Positions 29,116 through 37,317 of a stretch of 61,960 nt of DNA are shown here, piece by piece. A program made the position numbers and the translations under genes. Each line of letters begins with the position of its first letter. Position 1 is the first letter of the stretch. The notes below the pieces were generated by a model. The model did not search any database. It saw only the letters and a list, made by a program, of their open reading frames with translations, and was not told the origin of the DNA. The stretch is from a virus (lineage: Duplodnaviria > Caudoviricetes), in IMG/VR virus record IMGVR_UViG_3300020156_000031, positions 1-61,960 of that record, one strand, 5' to 3'.

Positions 29116-29483
29116 TTCACCACCTCGACATCTATGCCGAGCAGCGCCTTCATCATCTTGCGCTTGAGGCGGAATTCCCTGGTAACGTATCCCTTCACGT
29201 CGATGACGCGAAACCTGTCCTCGACATGATCCCAGAAGGCGAAGTCTGCCTTGTACGTGGCGATCAATTCGCCCTTGGGGCCAAGCATCTTGAAAGGGCG
29301 CTGCATCTCTACAGCGGACACCTCTCCGGCTTTCTCGCGGATTTTGAGCGCGGCGTAATAGTCTCCCTCTGCCTTGCTATCAAACGTGATGCCGTCGATC
29401 ACGGTTTTGCGGTTGCCGTACTTGGCCCGCTTGGGCTTCGCTGCCTGCGCCTGAAATTCCGCTGCTGTCATCCGTTCTGTCAT
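29112..29483 (-). CDS. DUF1064 family endonuclease
   Basis: KYGNRKT.IDGITFDSKAE, YKADF, DVKG. Confidence 0.85.
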   Translation of the reverse strand: MTERMTAAEFQAQAAKPKRAKYGNRKTVIDGITFDSKAEGDYYAALKIREKAGEVSAVEMQRPFKMLGPKGELIATYKADFAFWDHVEDRFRVIDVKGYVTREFRLKRKMMKALLGIDVEVVK

Positions 29484-29502
29484 GCCGCTCGTCTCTGTCT
29501 GG

Positions 29503-29618
29503 AAAATGCTGCCCGACCTGGGAGGAGGAGTGGTCGGGCAGCAGGTTGTGGGCGCGCCTGGGAGGAGGACGAGCGCGCCCCTTCGCGCTGGCGGGAGCGG
29601 GAACAACCGCCAGTGAAG
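29503..29618 (-). ncRNA. Cuckoo / alpha-r14-type sRNA (CCUCCUCCC-loop hairpins)
   Basis: Two perfect stems (12 bp and 8 bp) with CCTCCTCCC loops, a third degenerate hairpin, and a short T run. Confidence 0.75.
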
Positions 29619-29622
29619 CTCA

Positions 29623-29991
29623 TCAGCCGAGGCGGGCCCCGGCGAAGAAACAGAACCGGCTATGGCCGTCGCGGGCGAGGCAGATGTGATAGGCCCCGTC
29701 CTCGCTGTCGCGCGCCGACTGGTACGGAACCACGCCGGAATAGCCCTGGGTTTTCAGTTGGGGATGGGTGCCGACCGGCAATTCGACATGGTAGCCGTCG
29801 GCGGCTTCCGTGACATAGCGCGCATCGATCGGCGCGCAGTCGCCGTTCTTGTGGGTCGCCGCGGAATGGCAGCACTGAGGCGGATATTCCATGCCGCTCT
29901 GGGCGGTATGGGCCTTTGCCATGGTGACGGCGACCAGCGATGATACCGCGATGACGGCAACCGCCATGGACGAGATGATAAGTCTGCTCAT
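29623..29991 (-). CDS. Secreted Cys-rich hypothetical protein
   Basis: Signal peptide; YP..CC...DC and HIC...CFF pattern. Confidence 0.65.
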   Translation of the reverse strand: MSRLIISSMAVAVIAVSSLVAVTMAKAHTAQSGMEYPPQCCHSAATHKNGDCAPIDARYVTEAADGYHVELPVGTHPQLKTQGYSGVVPYQSARDSEDGAYHICLARDGHSRFCFFAGARLG

Positions 29992-30110
29992 CGGATTTTC
30001 CCTGATAAACGTTGTCCGGTCATTCGCTCCGGTGGGTTCCCGCCAAGGCTCCCTCCGGCTATTCCCTCACGTCATCCTTTTCGGGGTTGACGCTGTAGGC
30101 CTGCGCCAGG

Positions 30111-30473
30111 TCACATGACCCGGCGCTTCGCAGCGCGGACTTTCGCAGCCAGCGCTTCAACCTCATGATCAAGATCTCTAAGAGCAGCATCCCCGTACCT
30201 CGCTATGTCTGCCGCGATTTCATGTTTCAGCTTCACGATCTCGCGTTCGCAAAGCCGCAGATATGCCGCCCTGATCCGGCCGCACAGCGATATGCGGGGG
30301 TCCGCCATTTCGCCGTTGATCAGCCGCCGAAGCGAGCGGGCCGTCATCCCCACATCGCGACCGACACGCTCGAGCGCGTTCATCTGGTCGCCGTTGCCCC
30401 GGCTTTCGCGCTCCACCATCTTCCGCGCGTAGGCTGCGGCCGTCTCGGGGGTGAATGCGTCTGTACTCAACAT
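30111..30473 (-). CDS. HTH transcriptional regulator (cII-position)
   Basis: HTH-like ALERVGRDVGMTARSLRRL; start MLSTDAF with GAGG SD. Confidence 0.55.
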   Translation of the reverse strand: MLSTDAFTPETAAAYARKMVERESRGNGDQMNALERVGRDVGMTARSLRRLINGEMADPRISLCGRIRAAYLRLCEREIVKLKHEIAADIARYGDAALRDLDHEVEALAAKVRAAKRRVM

Positions 30474-30768
30474 TGCTTTCGCCTCTCGATTGAAGTTGTC
30501 GTTTGCCAAAAACTGGTCTGAAGTTTTCCTGTCCACGTTCCCGATCTCCGATAATTTCTCCCTATCGGAACCGGGGCATTTGAAAGGAGCCTCCGCCCCT
30601 CTCTCTTCCATTGTCAGGCGACCCGTACCGCCAAGCACTGTCGCCGTTGATCCCTTTTCAAACCCCTCGGAAGAGGGCGAGGCCCATGCCCTGCGTGCCT
30701 CAAACCCTCTTCCAGGCCCTCCCCGGCGCCGTTACGCCGCACTGTCTGCGCCGGGGAGGCATTCAAAT

Positions 30769-31065
30769 TCAGGAGGAAAGACCTTGCGGTTCGATCCAGT
30801 ATTCGTCGAAGGCGGAACTACTCTCCTGCATCAGCCAATAGCCGGAGCACTCGACCAGACGGCGGGCGCGGATCACGGCATTGAGGAATTCGACCAGTGC
30901 GGTTTGCGGGAGGATGACGCCGGGAAAATTCAAGCTCTCGGAGAATTCGATCCCCACCGCCTTCATCAGGCCAGTCGCGGACATCCGCTTTGGGCGGATG
31001 CTATTGAGGACACGTACTAGCCGTGCCTCTGTCGAATCGCCTTCCATGGCCAAGATCGCGCTCAT
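30769..31065 (-). CDS. Hypothetical protein
   Basis: Coupled ORF. Confidence 0.5.
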   Translation of the reverse strand: MSAILAMEGDSTEARLVRVLNSIRPKRMSATGLMKAVGIEFSESLNFPGVILPQTALVEFLNAVIRARRLVECSGYWLMQESSSAFDEYWIEPQGLSS

Positions 31066-31241
31066 TTGCCAACCCTCGTGAATTCGAGGTCGGAAAGCTC
31101 AAGGATCAGCGCGCCTTCGCAAGCTGCCTCGATCTCATCCTCGGTCGACTCCCGATCTCGGGCTTCATCCCGCATCCGCAGAACGACGCCGACGACGATC
31201 AGGACAGCCAGAGTGAGCCCGGTTAATGCGAGATAAATCAT
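31062..31241 (-). CDS. Small membrane protein (59 aa), absent from the ORF track
   Basis: MIYLALTGLTLAVLIVVGVVLR...; GAGG SD; stop overlaps next ATG. Confidence 0.55.
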   Translation of the reverse strand: MIYLALTGLTLAVLIVVGVVLRMRDEARDRESTEDEIEAACEGALILELSDLEFTRVGK

Positions 31242-31245
31242 TGCC

Positions 31246-31596
31246 TCAATCCCCCATGATCGGCTGCAGTCCAGCCGGGATGCGAATGAACTCGTCGATC
31301 CGCCGGAGCATTTCGCGGCGGTTCATCCGCACCGGGCGCCCCTTCTCGCCGTTCTTGCGCAGCGTGTACCAGCCGCGATCCATGCCAAGGGTAAAGCCGT
31401 GAGAGGTGCAGAAGTCCTGCAAGGACGAGAAGTCCGTCTGGAAACCCCGCTCGAACCGGCGCGGGGCTTTTGCCATGTGCTCCGCCATGCCGGCGATCTG
31501 CGCGCGGAGCGGATCGGTCTTGCCGAAAAGCTCGTCCAGAGTTCCCGTGTGTTGAGGGGCGGGGTTCATCGTTATGTTGGCGTCTGGGTTGTGCAT
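31246..31596 (-). CDS. Hypothetical protein
   Basis: Abuts the upstream ORF. Confidence 0.55.
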   Translation of the reverse strand: MHNPDANITMNPAPQHTGTLDELFGKTDPLRAQIAGMAEHMAKAPRRFERGFQTDFSSLQDFCTSHGFTLGMDRGWYTLRKNGEKGRPVRMNRREMLRRIDEFIRIPAGLQPIMGD

Positions 31597-31836
31597 CTAT
31601 GCTTTCCCCCGGATCATATTGCGGATGGCAAACGCCATATGCTCGTTGCCCTTGATGTATTGAGGATTGGTCCAGTCGGCAGAGGCCCATTTGACCCGCT
31701 GCTCTTCCGCGATCCCAGCGCACCGATCGCGCTCTGCGAGAATGGCTTCGGCAATGATCATCGGAACGGACTTATACCCGCCCTCGTCATACAGGCGCTC
31801 CGCGTGCATCATCAGTTCGTCGGGTATAGGGCTCAT
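31597..31836 (-). CDS. Hypothetical protein
   Basis: AILAERDRCA motif common in small phage proteins. Confidence 0.6.
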   Translation of the reverse strand: MSPIPDELMMHAERLYDEGGYKSVPMIIAEAILAERDRCAGIAEEQRVKWASADWTNPQYIKGNEHMAFAIRNMIRGKA

Positions 31837-32070
31837 CTACCCCTCCCCCTTCAATGCGGCTTCGGCCATGTCAGCCATGCGGTTGACAGTGGCGTTGGCT
31901 TTGGGAGTGCGCTGGGAGGCGATCTTGCGGAGGGTGAAGCCCCGGCTCATCGCCTTCGTGGACCACTCCATTCCTGTCTCTTGGCAGATGATCGCGTAGT
32001 ACTCCCATTCGTCGCGCGCTCTGAACACTTCCGGCGCGAGCCACTTGGCGATCTTGATACGGAGGGTCAT
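31837..32070 (-). CDS. Hypothetical protein
   Basis: Start MTLRIK, GGAGG SD, coupled. Confidence 0.5.
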   Translation of the reverse strand: MTLRIKIAKWLAPEVFRARDEWEYYAIICQETGMEWSTKAMSRGFTLRKIASQRTPKANATVNRMADMAEAALKGEG

Positions 32071-32531
32071 TGGGCTGCCTCCGAAGAATTCGCGGCTTCG
32101 AAGATATCGGGCCGCAACTGCTGGCGAGGAATGCCGGTGAAAGCCTCGACCCGGAGTAGATGCTCGACCGGCACCTTGCGCCATTGGCTGATGTTCGACC
32201 GCGTGACGTTCAAGTGCTTCGCAAGCCGAACCTGCGAACCCCTGTTGGCCTTGATCCAGTTTGTCAGGATGTCGTTTCCACCAACGCTGAGCGTTGCCGC
32301 CCACGCCGCGACTTCACCTTCATCCCTGAACCATTCCGAGCCATTGACGCGATACGGGGAGAACTGGATGTGAATTTCCCGCTCCCGGCGATCCTCAGCA
32401 TCGAAGAACCCGACCAGCTCGACCGGGTGGGGGTTGAACGTCTTGGCGATCCTCAGTCTGGATTCCGGGTTCCGGGACCAGCCGATCTTGAGGAAGCCTT
32501 CACTTCTGAGGACGTAGATGAAACCCATCAT
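32067..32531 (-). CDS. GIY-YIG (T5orf172-like) domain fused to Cro/YdaS-like HTH
   Basis: GFIY..KIGWS.NP..R..EREIH..EWF followed by SQ..LA..L.VTRSNISQW..LRPD. Confidence 0.75.
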   Translation of the reverse strand: MMGFIYVLRSEGFLKIGWSRNPESRLRIAKTFNPHPVELVGFFDAEDRREREIHIQFSPYRVNGSEWFRDEGEVAAWAATLSVGGNDILTNWIKANRGSQVRLAKHLNVTRSNISQWRKVPVEHLLRVEAFTGIPRQQLRPDIFEAANSSEAAQ

Positions 32532-32731
32532 CCCGCTGCCTCCGTTTTGGAAGCAAGCATGGTTTCCATGTCCACGCCGGTATGCTCCCGGATCGCGACC
32601 GCCACCTTCAGGGACGGCGTTGCATATCCGAGGCGGATGCGGGCGATCATGGAACGGTCACAGCCGACCAACTCCGCGAGCTGGGCGTCCTTCATTCCGG
32701 TTTCGGTCATGTGCTGCTGAAGTGTTTTCAT
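32528..32731 (-). CDS. cro: Cro-like repressor
   Basis: 67-aa HTH divergent from cI. Confidence 0.7.
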   Translation of the reverse strand: MKTLQQHMTETGMKDAQLAELVGCDRSMIARIRLGYATPSLKVAVAIREHTGVDMETMLASKTEAAG

Positions 32732-32737
32732 GCCGCC

Positions 32738-32800
32738 ATGGTGCATCACATGAACGTTCATGTCAAGCACAATTCGACGCAACATGTTCATGTCATGGAA
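32738..32800. promoter_or_regulatory. OR-like operators and PR promoter
   Basis: 15-bp imperfect palindromes at 32741, 32756 and 32786 (GTTCAT-N3-ATGAAC consensus); minus-strand TTGACA at 32761-32766. Confidence 0.75.
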
Positions 32801-32835
32801 TGGCCCTTAGAACGGGAATGTGGGACTTCTTCGCA

Positions 32836-33162
32836 ATGCCCCCGATTAAGAAACCAAAGCCGCAACTGGGCCGCACGTTCCTTCGAGAATGGAGGGAGTA
32901 CCGCGATCTCTCACAGGAAACCGCCGCCGATCTGCTCGGCATTTCGCGCCCGAATCTGTCAAAGATCGAGAACGGGGCTGTGCCCTATTCGCAGCCAATC
33001 CTCGAGGCTGCGGCCGTCGCCTATAGGTGCGACGTGACCGATCTGCTCCGCTACGATCCGTTTAAGGTCGGAGAGGCTGTTGACCTCCTGGCCCTGCTGA
33101 ATGCCAAGACAGATGCCCAGAGGGAGCAAGCAATCCGCATTCTCAAAGCTGCACTGAGTTAA
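32836..33162 (+). CDS. cI: CI-like XRE repressor lacking a peptidase domain
   Basis: LREWRE..LSQE.AA..LG.SR..LSKIENG HTH; ~108 aa; divergent from cro. Confidence 0.75.
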   Translation: MPPIKKPKPQLGRTFLREWREYRDLSQETAADLLGISRPNLSKIENGAVPYSQPILEAAAVAYRCDVTDLLRYDPFKVGEAVDLLALLNAKTDAQREQAIRILKAALS

Positions 33163-33362
33163 ACGGCTCGCTTCAGCAGCACGAAATCATGTTCGATTGA
33201 AAATGCCCATGTGCCGCCATCGAGCGCGGCAAGGGCGTGAGCCAGGCTCCCGACCAGTTCTTCCACGCGCGGCACCTCTTCCTGCGCTGGAACAGCCCCG
33301 AATACCTTCGTCGACAAAAACACTGCCGGTATGCCTGCAATCAAATTCCTACGCGTGGGCAC
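33159..33362 (-). CDS. Small protein with twin-arginine-like N-terminus
   Basis: MPTRRNLIAG; GGAGG SD upstream; convergent with cI. Confidence 0.55.
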   Translation of the reverse strand: MPTRRNLIAGIPAVFLSTKVFGAVPAQEEVPRVEELVGSLAHALAALDGGTWAFSIEHDFVLLKRAV

Positions 33363-33533
33363 AATGGGTATCCTCCAGACGGAATGTAAGTTGGGTGCCT
33401 GATCAAATATTAACGGTCTCGTGCAGTATCGTACAATTCATAAGATCTTGGGATATGTGGATAACTTATTGGTGAGGTTGGCAAAATCAATTTTCACAAA
33501 GTTGTCATAGGGATTTTCTTCTTGGCAGGGTTA

Positions 33534-34152
33534 ACGATTGAGGATCGTGCGGCGGAAAATCGCGGCTTCTTTGTGACGTGATGTGCCGTTTCAGTCAGGT
33601 GAACGACGAGGCAATATCCTGTCATTAAGATGGTCCTGTGAAGACCACCAGTCCATGCCGCGATCCTCCGCGACCAAGCATCCATGAAGTCGAATTGAAC
33701 CAGCAGGTAGTTTTGTTTTCCCGGACCCTACCGGGCTCTGTTGGCATCCTCCCGCCGGTCAAGCGGTGCAAACGGTACGCGCCAATTCTACAATCTTGCC
33801 CGAAGGCGGTCTTCACATGGTGTCCTGCTGTTATCCGGCAGCTTGCAAAGCTGTGTTCCCGGCGGGCCATCAACCCCGTCTGACTTCGCTCGGTGAGCCT
33901 GGCGCCGATACCGCGTCCGTTTCATGTACCGGATGATCGGCGGGCGCGGATGAAACCTCTAAAGACCGCTGCCTTTGCGCTTCCGAACGCTTCATCTTGG
34001 CGGGAACCTCCGAGCAGACCCAAGATATCGCGTTTTTCTGCGCCTGCAGGCAGCCATTCCGATTGCAAAACCTTACCAGTTTTGATAGACACTCGGTCGA
34101 AGCAATAGCGCCTGCAGCGCCGGTCGGATCATCCCGCCGGCGCTTTTCTTTT
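33534..34152 (+). ncRNA. Candidate large structured non-coding RNA
   Basis: Many nested long-range helices and hairpins, G-U pairs on the plus strand, no convincing ORF, ends in a terminator; 5' end is approximate. Confidence 0.55.
34116..34152 (+). terminator. Intrinsic terminator
   Basis: AGCGCCGG...CCGGCGCT followed by TTTCTTTT. Confidence 0.8.
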
Positions 34153-34181
34153 GGCACAAGATTTTTCCCCCGTCAAAAAAA

Positions 34182-34236
34182 TTTCATCACATGAACATTA
34201 GATGTTGACAGACTTGTTCATCACATGCACTATTCT
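34182..34236 (+). promoter_or_regulatory. OL-like operators and PL promoter
   Basis: TTTCATCACATGAAC (34182) and GTTCATCACATGCAC (34216) flank TTGACA (34205). Confidence 0.78.
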
Positions 34237-34296
34237 CCCCATCAGCAGCACCGGCCTCGGTCGAAGTTCTCGCGCTGACAAACGGGGATCAGAGAC

Positions 34297-34692
34297 ATGG
34301 ATACCTTGGAACACCACCTCGATTTCGAGGAACTGAACATCAACGTCTGCGGCAAGTCCGCGCCGGGCATGATGCTCTACGGCACGGCAACGCTCACTGG
34401 CGACGAGGACGGCTTTTCGGTGGTCGCGGTTCGCCTGGATGGAGGCGCGTGGCTCCGGGCTCGTGGCAACGGTGCCGGCGGTTTTCCCGCTGCCTTCGAG
34501 GATGAGCTTTTCAAGCGCATCGCTGCCGTGATCGAAAACCCCAAGACGGCGATTGGCAAGTATGCCGAGGGCGAATGGGCCGATGTCGTCGAGGCCGCGA
34601 AGGCCGGCGATCCCGACCGCGCCTATGACGAGCGCCGCGATCATGCCGCCACCGAACGGGCCGATCGGGAACGGGAGGCGGAACATGCGTGA
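34297..34692 (+). CDS. Hypothetical early protein
   Basis: First ORF after PL. Confidence 0.6.
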   Translation: MDTLEHHLDFEELNINVCGKSAPGMMLYGTATLTGDEDGFSVVAVRLDGGAWLRARGNGAGGFPAAFEDELFKRIAAVIENPKTAIGKYAEGEWADVVEAAKAGDPDRAYDERRDHAATERADREREAEHA

Positions 34693-34864
34693 CGCCAAGA
34701 AACCCTTCACCATCACCGTTCGGCTGACCGAAGAACAGCGCGCCCGCTTGGACCGCGCCGCCAAATTGGGTCCGTACAGCATCACCCTCACCGACATCAT
34801 CAATCGAGGCATCGAACTCGCCGCCGCCGAGCTTGAGCGGATGGCAGAAAGGGCAGGTGCATAA
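34685..34864 (+). CDS. Ribbon-helix-helix (CopG-like) protein
   Basis: ITVRLTEEQRARLD..A pattern; GGAGG SD. Confidence 0.6.
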   Translation: MRDAKKPFTITVRLTEEQRARLDRAAKLGPYSITLTDIINRGIELAAAELERMAERAGA

Positions 34865-35115
34865 TGCTTAGGCGCCCCCTCTCCACCTATGCCGGCGGCT
34901 CGCCACGGGCCATTTCAGACGGCTCCAGTGCCCAGGTGTTTTATTTCGTCGATGACGCAACCCACGACATCGCAACGCTGGCGGCAGCCCTCCAGGAATG
35001 CGCCGATTACTTCGAGAACCGCGCGGACGCCGACTGCGATCAGGACGGATTCATTCCGAACAAGGAAATGCAGATGCTTGACGTGTGCAAGCGCGCGCTC
35101 GGGGAGGCGAAATGA
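34864..35115 (+). CDS. Hypothetical protein
   Basis: TAATG coupling. Confidence 0.55.
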   Translation: MLRRPLSTYAGGSPRAISDGSSAQVFYFVDDATHDIATLAAALQECADYFENRADADCDQDGFIPNKEMQMLDVCKRALGEAK

Positions 35116-35354
35116 TGGATTGCACCCGCCATGCCTTTGACGGCTGCGCCGGCGACGGTGGACCGACCTGCCGGGATTGTCCCGCAACGATCTACATCCC
35201 AGCGTCCGAGACCCCGATGGGCCGTCACATCCTCAAGCAAAGCCTCTGGCGGCTTTACGCAGTCCTGGCCGTGGCTTGCCTCGCCTTCATCTTCGCCGCC
35301 GCACACGGGCTTACTCGCGCCGAGAGCGCCTATCAATCTTCAGAAAGGGTTTAG
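35112..35354 (+). CDS. Small membrane protein
   Basis: GGAGG SD, Cys-containing N-terminus and one TM helix. Confidence 0.5.
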   Translation: MMDCTRHAFDGCAGDGGPTCRDCPATIYIPASETPMGRHILKQSLWRLYAVLAVACLAFIFAAAHGLTRAESAYQSSERV

Positions 35355-35356
35355 TC

Positions 35357-36424
35357 ATGAACGCCATCAATGCAGGCATCGTCGCGCAAGTATCGATCAT
35401 CGAGCCGTGGACATGGTATTTCGGCGCGCTGAAGACCCCGGAAGCCATCGGCTCTGACCGTCTCCCCATCCATCCCGGCGAATACCAGCTCGGCTATTAT
35501 CGCGTCCGCCGCAAGGACGGCAACTGGGAGCCTGTCGGCATCTACCCGGACGACGAGCAGGACGGCAAGGTCGTGGCCTTCCGCGGCGATCGTCAGATTG
35601 ACGACATCCCCGAACTGTTCGTGTGGGCTTGCAGGAACCCCGTTACCCACGACGCCTACGTGAAGGCTCTCAACGGCGGCGGATGGGATGACGAGCCGGC
35701 GACCGCGCCGGGCATCGGCGACAATTCCGGCGAGGCTGACCCGTTCGACGCGCTGCGCATCGAATACCTGGGCGAGAAGGAACTGGCCGAGGAATACATG
35801 CGCCAGCCGGTTACGACCCAGGCGCAGGCCGACAAGGCGGCGATCTGGGCAAAGCGGCTCACCGCCATCAAGACCAAGGCCGAAGCGCTCCACAAGGTGG
35901 AGAAGCAGCCTCACCTCGACGCCGGCCGCGCCGTGGATGAGAAGTGGCGGGAACTCAAGACCGAGCCGGACGATCTCGCCAAGAAGCTCAAGGCGCACAT
36001 CAAGCCGTTCTTGCAGGAGCAAATCAGGCAGGAGGAGGAGCGCCAGCGGAAGGCCAGGGAGGAAGCCGAGGCCGCGCGCCGTGCAGCGCAGGAAGCCGCC
36101 AGGAAGGCCGCTGCGAGCGGCCAGCAGTCGGAGCAGGATCGCGTAGCAGCACAGGCCGAAGCCGAGCGGCAGGCCAACCTTGCCCGCCAGGCAGAGCAGG
36201 AAGCCGAAGCCCGGAAGGTCAATGCCGGCCGCACCGGCGCCCGCGTATCCATGCGTATCGAGAAGGTCGGCGTTGTCACCGACTACGCGAAAGCGGCGGC
36301 GGCTCTCGTCGCGATGAAGCACAAGGACATCATCGAGATCATCGATAAGCTGGCGCAGCGCGCGGCTAAGGCCGGAATGCCATTCGACGGCATGGAAATT
36401 CGGGAAGAGGAGCGCGTGGTCTGA
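35357..36424 (+). CDS. Coiled-coil recombination-module protein (Gp157/Gam-like position)
   Basis: EKQPHLDAGRAVD motif and long coiled coil; upstream of RecT. Confidence 0.6.
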   Translation: MNAINAGIVAQVSIIEPWTWYFGALKTPEAIGSDRLPIHPGEYQLGYYRVRRKDGNWEPVGIYPDDEQDGKVVAFRGDRQIDDIPELFVWACRNPVTHDAYVKALNGGGWDDEPATAPGIGDNSGEADPFDALRIEYLGEKELAEEYMRQPVTTQAQADKAAIWAKRLTAIKTKAEALHKVEKQPHLDAGRAVDEKWRELKTEPDDLAKKLKAHIKPFLQEQIRQEEERQRKAREEAEAARRAAQEAARKAAASGQQSEQDRVAAQAEAERQANLARQAEQEAEARKVNAGRTGARVSMRIEKVGVVTDYAKAAAALVAMKHKDIIEIIDKLAQRAAKAGMPFDGMEIREEERVV

Positions 36425-37317
36425 TGAACGCTATCACCAAGACCGAGGCCGCCCGTCCGTCCCTGATCGACTCCATGGCGGCGCAACGGAACATGGATCC
36501 GGCCCAATTCGCGAAGACCGTCCGCGCCACGGTCATGCCCGCGCAGCACACGAACGAGCAGTTCGCCGCACTGATGCTGGTGGCGGACAAGTACGACCTG
36601 GACCCGATCCTGAAGGAAATCTATGCCTTCCCGGCGAAGGGCGGCGGCATCGTGCCGATTGTCTCGATCGACGGATGGGTAAACCTGATCAACTCTCACC
36701 CGCAATATGACGGGGTGGAGTTCGATTTCGAGCATGGCGACGACGGCGTTCTCGTCTCCTGCACCTGCCGCATGTACCGCAAGGACCGGAGCCGCCCGGT
36801 GACCGTCACCGAATACCTCTCCGAGTGCATTCGGAACACCGAACCCTGGAAGATGAAGCACCGGATGCTTCGTCACAAGACGATGATCCAGGCGGCGCGC
36901 TATGCGTTCGGCTTCGCCGGCATCTATGACGAGGACGAGGGCGCCAAGATCGCCGAGATGCGCGAGATCAATCCGGTAGATCGCAAGCCGCCGGCGCCTC
37001 CGAAGCCGCCCGAAGCCGAGCACAAGCCCGCGCCGGCAACCATCGATCACGTCGCCGACAGCATCGACGCCGACTCGGAGGACGAGCCGACCGCCGAAGA
37101 CATGGCGGAAGATCAGGCCGAGGTCATCGACGATACGACGTTCTTCGAACAACTCGAGGAAGCGCTCGCCGTCGCCGGCGATCTGGAAACGCTGGAGGAA
37201 GTCTGGACCGAGTTCGATCCCATGGCACGTTTCGACGGACAGAAGGGCGGCGAGATCAACCAGGGCATCGCGATGGCGATCCGCAAGCGCGCTGAAAAGC
37301 GCATCGGCGGTGCATGA
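36424..37317 (+). CDS. recT: Single-strand annealing recombinase (RecT/Bet)
   Basis: LDP..KEIYAFP, VSIDGW, PW....RML.HK..IQAARYAFG motifs. Confidence 0.9.
   Translation: MNAITKTEAARPSLIDSMAAQRNMDPAQFAKTVRATVMPAQHTNEQFAALMLVADKYDLDPILKEIYAFPAKGGGIVPIVSIDGWVNLINSHPQYDGVEFDFEHGDDGVLVSCTCRMYRKDRSRPVTVTEYLSECIRNTEPWKMKHRMLRHKTMIQAARYAFGFAGIYDEDEGAKIAEMREINPVDRKPPAPPKPPEAEHKPAPATIDHVADSIDADSEDEPTAEDMAEDQAEVIDDTTFFEQLEEALAVAGDLETLEEVWTEFDPMARFDGQKGGEINQGIAMAIRKRAEKRIGGA

Noticed and set aside
33638-33883. 81-aa ORF and other short ORFs in the cI-PL gap
   Set aside because: No clear SD, atypical composition, and they coincide with dense RNA-like pairing; not fully excluded
33546-34110. Group II intron (GTGCG near 33546) or hammerhead (CGGATGA...GAAAC)
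   Set aside because: No domain V or RT gene seen; the hammerhead core CTGANGA and its stems are not matched
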